Part shown: in pieces, positions 60,032 through 64,000 of the stretch | How the letters are laid out: the number at the start of each line of letters is the position of its first letter | Numbering within the stretch: position 1 is the stretch's first letter | NCBI GenBank assembly: GCA_011364965.1 | Contig: RDOB01000004.1 | Span: 360,769-424,768 of the forward strand | Reading direction: 5' to 3' | From: Candidatus Heimdallarchaeota archaeon | GTDB taxonomy: Archaea; Asgardarchaeota; Heimdallarchaeia; Hodarchaeales; Hodarchaeaceae | DNA: 64,000 bases | Program-made: the position numbers and the translations under genes | Notes under the pieces: model-generated | The model's database searches: none | The model's input: only the letters and a program-made list of their open reading frames with translations | What the model was told of the DNA's origin: nothing

Positions 60032-61050
60032 ATACCTCATATAAACACGAATCTCTTCTCTATGAAAAATTAGGTGAAAAGAAAGTCCAATGTCTCACCT
60101 GTGAACATCAATGCCTCATTCAACAAGGAAAAATAGGGAGATGTAATACACGGATAAATGAAGAGGGAATTTTATATACGTTAAACTATGGTTTGGTGTC
60201 CTCCTATTCAATTAATCCCATTGAAAAAAAACCGTTATTTCATTATCATCCAGGGACATATGCTGCCACTTTAGGATCGTTATCGTGTAATTTTAGCTGT
60301 TTATGGTGTCAAAACTGGGAAATAAGCAAAACAAATCCATTTGAGACTGCAACTACTAGTTTTTTATCCCCAAATGAAGTTGAAAGGAGAATAATTAAAA
60401 ATAGTGCGATAACTGGAGTTTCGTTTTCTTTCAATGAACCTACTTTGTCACTGGAATACGCTCTTGATATATTTAACCTTTTAGATGACAATATCTACAA
60501 AATGCTTGTAACTAATGGGTATATGACGATAAAAGCACTAGATTTATTGATCAAGGGAGGACTAACAGGGGTGAGCGTTACGATCAAAGGGGATGAATCA
60601 ATGGTAAAAAAATATTGTAAAGCGAATGTGAGTAAAGTATGGGAGAAAATTGAGTATCTAGTGGAGAAAGGAATTCATGTTGAAATTATCTGCTTAATTA
60701 TCCCCACCCTAAACGATAACATTGCTTTTTATCAAGAAGTATCCACAAAAATCTTGACTATAGACAAAAAAATACCACTGCATTTCACTCGATTCTTCCC
60801 GAGTTATAAATTTACCCAAGTGGAAGCTACGCCAATTAGTACTCTAGAGAAAGCTCATGGAACAGCAAAAAGGATAGGTTTAGAGTACGTATACCTTGGA
60901 AATGTTAACGGTCACACACTGGAAAATACATATTGTCCTAAGTGTCAGGAACTCCTGATCCAGCGGACTGGTTATCGCCTCAAGATGTATTTAGATCTCA
61001 AAAAAGCCCAATGTCCGAAGTGTGGTTTGATGATTCCACTCCAAACCTAA
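60028..61050 (+). CDS. amrS: AmmeMemoRadiSam-system radical SAM enzyme
   Basis: CLTCEHQC, PIEKKPLFHY, CNFSCLWCQNW, HFTRFFP, YVYLGNV; GTG overlaps the TPR stop. Confidence 0.92.
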   Translation: MNTSYKHESLLYEKLGEKKVQCLTCEHQCLIQQGKIGRCNTRINEEGILYTLNYGLVSSYSINPIEKKPLFHYHPGTYAATLGSLSCNFSCLWCQNWEISKTNPFETATTSFLSPNEVERRIIKNSAITGVSFSFNEPTLSLEYALDIFNLLDDNIYKMLVTNGYMTIKALDLLIKGGLTGVSVTIKGDESMVKKYCKANVSKVWEKIEYLVEKGIHVEIICLIIPTLNDNIAFYQEVSTKILTIDKKIPLHFTRFFPSYKFTQVEATPISTLEKAHGTAKRIGLEYVYLGNVNGHTLENTYCPKCQELLIQRTGYRLKMYLDLKKAQCPKCGLMIPLQT

Positions 61051-61307
61051 ATTATAAAGATGAAACTTGAATATCAAATAAAAATCAGATAATATTCGTT
61101 GAAATATGGCATCTGGATACAATGAGATCCGAGCAGACACGTTATTTATTTTTTTGGTCTACTGCCTTTATGAATAGCATGGATTTATACCTAATTTATC
61201 AATAAATTAGCTGAATTGAACTAGCACATAATTACCTAATTTAAGTCAGAAAATCCTCTTATTGAAAAATTTATTAGACCATCCTATTTTTAAGAAATTG
61301 AACAATA

Positions 61308-62123
61308 ATGGTTGAGATCATAAAATCCCATCCCATATTCTTCTATTTCTTTTTTGCCCTTACTTTTGCATGGATAATCTGGATCCCAATGGCTTTACAT
61401 ACACTAGGAGTCATAAATTTCCCTTTTCCTATAATAATTGGACAATCATTGGGCACAATTAGTGTTCTAGCAGCATTATTTGTGTTGGAAAAGCTTACTA
61501 AGAAAGAAGTAACATTAAATGAAATTTTTAATAAAGCAAAAGTTAAAGATGTTAATATATTGTGGTTTGTCGTAGCAACTTTTTTATTACCGCTATTCAC
61601 CGTCCTAGGTAATATGTTAGATTATATTTTGACTTTGGAACCTAGTTATCAATTATTTAAGGCCGAAGTATTTGATACAGTGGGAATAACCATAATAATT
61701 TTAATACCCCTCACTCTAGTGGCAGGATTATTGAGTAGTCCCATATTGGAGGAACCTGGTTGGCGAGGATTTGCTATTGAGCGACTCCAAATGCGATATG
61801 GGGTGTTTTTGGGGAGTCTTATCCTTGGAACTCTCTGGTGGATATGGCATCAGCCAATAAATATAGCAAATGGACTCCCAGTAACAATTTATTCCTATTT
61901 AGGAATGGTCATCATGTCTTTTGCCATTGATACGATTTATAATCTCTCAGACCATAATTTATTAAGCGCAATGATAATGCACAGTTCAGCATTCGTGAGA
62001 CTTAGTTATTTTTATTCTAATTCTGAGAGTATTGGAGTATTAGTGGTCAGTATTGTAGGGGTCGTGGCGTTGAAAATTATTGCTAGAAATCAGCAAAAAT
62101 CAAGTCAAGAAAAACAAATTTAG
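61308..62123 (+). CDS. CPBP-family intramembrane glutamic protease (Abi/Rce1-like)
   Basis: EEPGWRG, WWIWH, AMIMH. Confidence 0.9.
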   Translation: MVEIIKSHPIFFYFFFALTFAWIIWIPMALHTLGVINFPFPIIIGQSLGTISVLAALFVLEKLTKKEVTLNEIFNKAKVKDVNILWFVVATFLLPLFTVLGNMLDYILTLEPSYQLFKAEVFDTVGITIIILIPLTLVAGLLSSPILEEPGWRGFAIERLQMRYGVFLGSLILGTLWWIWHQPINIANGLPVTIYSYLGMVIMSFAIDTIYNLSDHNLLSAMIMHSSAFVRLSYFYSNSESIGVLVVSIVGVVALKIIARNQQKSSQEKQI

Positions 62124-62129
62124 GGCATA

Positions 62130-63683
62130 TTATATCATTGGAATTTTAATTTGAAAGAGGGTTCGTTCAGAATTAGAATGAACTGCGATTTTCCAACCAT
62201 GAGCCTCAATAATTTTTTTGACAATTGGGAGGCCTAATCCCATACTGTCCTTGGAGGTGCTGAATCCATAATCAAAGATCTGATTCTGAATTTCTTGAGG
62301 AATAGGAGTTCCATCATTCAAGATCAGAATGAAAACCCCCTCATCATCATTCACACTTTGGACAGAAATCTTATTGGGTATGCCATGGATAACCGCATTT
62401 TCAAAGAGATTCTTAAACACTTGGGCTAGTCGTTCTTCATCACAGAGAACTGAGGGAAGAGGTTGAACCAAAAAGCTTATAGTTTTAGGAATAGTAACTT
62501 TAGCGACTCGCTTCACTAAATGATTTAGATCTACTACTGCATTTTTCTCAATCGATAATCCTGCATCTGCAAGCATCAAAGAACGACTCATTAACCGTTT
62601 CATATAGTCAACCTGATGATCAATAATGGTACTAGCATCATAATCGAGGTCTAAAAGACCAATGTAACCTTCAATTAAGGTTAAGCAATTATTGATATCA
62701 TGAGAAATAAAATGCGCAAACTCACTTAATTCTTCTTTCTGCCGTCGGAGGGTGTTTTCTACCTGTTTTTGATCCGTAATATCAATAACTGAGACGATCA
62801 CCTTTTCTAAGGTATCTTCATACCCTGGAATGACAGATAAGCGGACAATCACATCAATCATTTCCCCCGTTAACTTGTAACCCGGAAATTCACTCTGATA
62901 CACCGTTTCTCCATTAAAAAGGGCATTTAATTCTTCTTTAAAAAGCTCCAAGGCTTGATCATTGAAGAAAGCAGGTAAACCAGCATAAAATTCCTCCTTT
63001 GTACGAGCATTATACAATTTGAGAGTCGTATTGTTCACATTGATAATTCTTACCATTTTTGAGAGTTTTGCAACTTCCTCAGGATTCTGTTCCAAGTATC
63101 GCCGTAAATCAGAAACACTCTGAGCCTTTAAACTTTGAAAATACTGCTTGACTAAGGAAAAATCTTCCTCCCACAGACTCACTGGAGACTCATTAAAAAT
63201 AATTCGATAACGCTCCTCACTTTCAATTAAAGCGCGTTCCATCTGTTCATGGTGAACCACTTGCCGAATGATATGATATAGCTCTCCACAGAGCATTTTT
63301 ATTTCCCCCCGCTTCTCCAAGTAATGATTGGCTCCAAGATTTAAAGCCTGAATAGCAACTTCTTCTCGGCCTCGGCCTGTCAGAAATATCACGGGAATAG
63401 TATTGTTTTGAGTCCGTAGCTGTTGTAAGAGCTCTAATCCATCCATCCCCGGCATTTGATAATCAGTAATAATCACATCAATAGAATGTGACTCTAGGAC
63501 TTCAAAAACTTGGAAAGGGTCAGTAAGAGAATAGATAGTGAGTTCATTATTACCAACGCCTTTCATATATCGTTTAATCAGCTCTAAAAACGTAATTTCG
63601 TCATCAATATGAAGGACAGAAATCAAATGATCCATAAGAGACTCCACACTCATAGAAGGGCAATCCAAGATGGAGGATTGCAA
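62130..63683 (-). CDS. Hybrid sensor kinase (REC-PAS-HisKA-HATPase)
   Basis: HIDDE, TDYQMPGMDG, SHDINN, NLFENA, GLGLPIVK. Confidence 0.92.
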   Translation of the reverse strand: MQSSILDCPSMSVESLMDHLISVLHIDDEITFLELIKRYMKGVGNNELTIYSLTDPFQVFEVLESHSIDVIITDYQMPGMDGLELLQQLRTQNNTIPVIFLTGRGREEVAIQALNLGANHYLEKRGEIKMLCGELYHIIRQVVHHEQMERALIESEERYRIIFNESPVSLWEEDFSLVKQYFQSLKAQSVSDLRRYLEQNPEEVAKLSKMVRIINVNNTTLKLYNARTKEEFYAGLPAFFNDQALELFKEELNALFNGETVYQSEFPGYKLTGEMIDVIVRLSVIPGYEDTLEKVIVSVIDITDQKQVENTLRRQKEELSEFAHFISHDINNCLTLIEGYIGLLDLDYDASTIIDHQVDYMKRLMSRSLMLADAGLSIEKNAVVDLNHLVKRVAKVTIPKTISFLVQPLPSVLCDEERLAQVFKNLFENAVIHGIPNKISVQSVNDDEGVFILILNDGTPIPQEIQNQIFDYGFSTSKDSMGLGLPIVKKIIEAHGWKIAVHSNSERTLFQIKIPMI

Positions 63684-63823
63684 CGGAACAAATCCACTAT
63701 GGAACTTTTAGGGATGTCTTCCTTAAAAAAGTACTACAAACCATGACTTGATTTCTCCCTAGGTTTTGAATGTTTTTAATTTTGATTTTGAATATATAAA
63801 CTCCAGACTGAATCTAGATTGAG

Positions 63824-64000
63824 ATGGAAATCGCTATTGAAATGCTCGAGGATAAAACCACATTACTGCAGCTGCAAAAACCTGCACGGGAAGCTTCTGT
63901 AGCTCTCAAAGCACCTATTGCTCAGCTAATATCAATGTTCGCAGTTCAACCATCAGGAGATATTGCTGATGCAGCCAAAAATCTTCATCGTGTCACTAAT
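63824..64000 (+). CDS. Hypothetical protein, runs off window
   Basis: Open frame MEIAIEMLEDKTTLLQLQKPAREASVALK... to the end of the window. Confidence 0.4.
   Translation, partial: MEIAIEMLEDKTTLLQLQKPAREASVALKAPIAQLISMFAVQPSGDIADAAKNLHRVTN

Noticed and set aside
61308-62123. CPBP protease acting as a CAAX protease for the Rab-like GTPase
   Set aside because: The GTPase has no C-terminal Cys motif, and CPBP proteins are widespread in prokaryotes
47618-64000. Integrated element or provirus at tRNA-Asn
   Set aside because: No integrase, att-site duplication or viral hallmark genes seen within the window

Overview
AT-rich archaeal chromosomal window, most likely Asgard (Heimdallarchaeia-like). 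This assignment is inferred from archaeal information genes together with an OSTC/DC2 homolog, a Rab-like GTPase and a roadblock/longin-type protein. About 1-47.7 kb is core informational machinery in unusually fragmented operons: r-proteins, RpoA'/A''/D, NusA, TFB, KsgA, Csl4, Rio1, Dim2, PAN, MBF1, KEOPS Pcc1 and seven tRNAs, four of which carry introns. About 47.7-64 kb is accessory. Main highlights: (1) a tightly coupled operon encoding a Rab-like GTPase, KaiC-like ATPase, roadblock-like protein, FIST protein and MFS transporter, divergent from a lone Flp-type pilin, a candidate nutrient-sensing or pilus-control module; (2) two tandem EF1A-family GTPases, one with Hbs1/eRF3-like signatures; (3) a dispersed Tad/VirB11, VirB2-like pilin and VirB4/HerA gene set, a possible DNA-transfer apparatus; (4) a three-intron tRNA-Trp whose middle intron is a box C/D guide predicted to methylate its own C34 and C39; (5) a TIM homolog lacking all three catalytic residues; (6) a Cys-tailed PadR divergent from an atypical arsM with a visible operator; (7) an unannotated 22-aa Lys-rich microprotein; (8) an ISH3-like IS with a 7-bp target duplication inserted in a palindrome. 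All protein family calls come from motif recognition by eye, not database searches.
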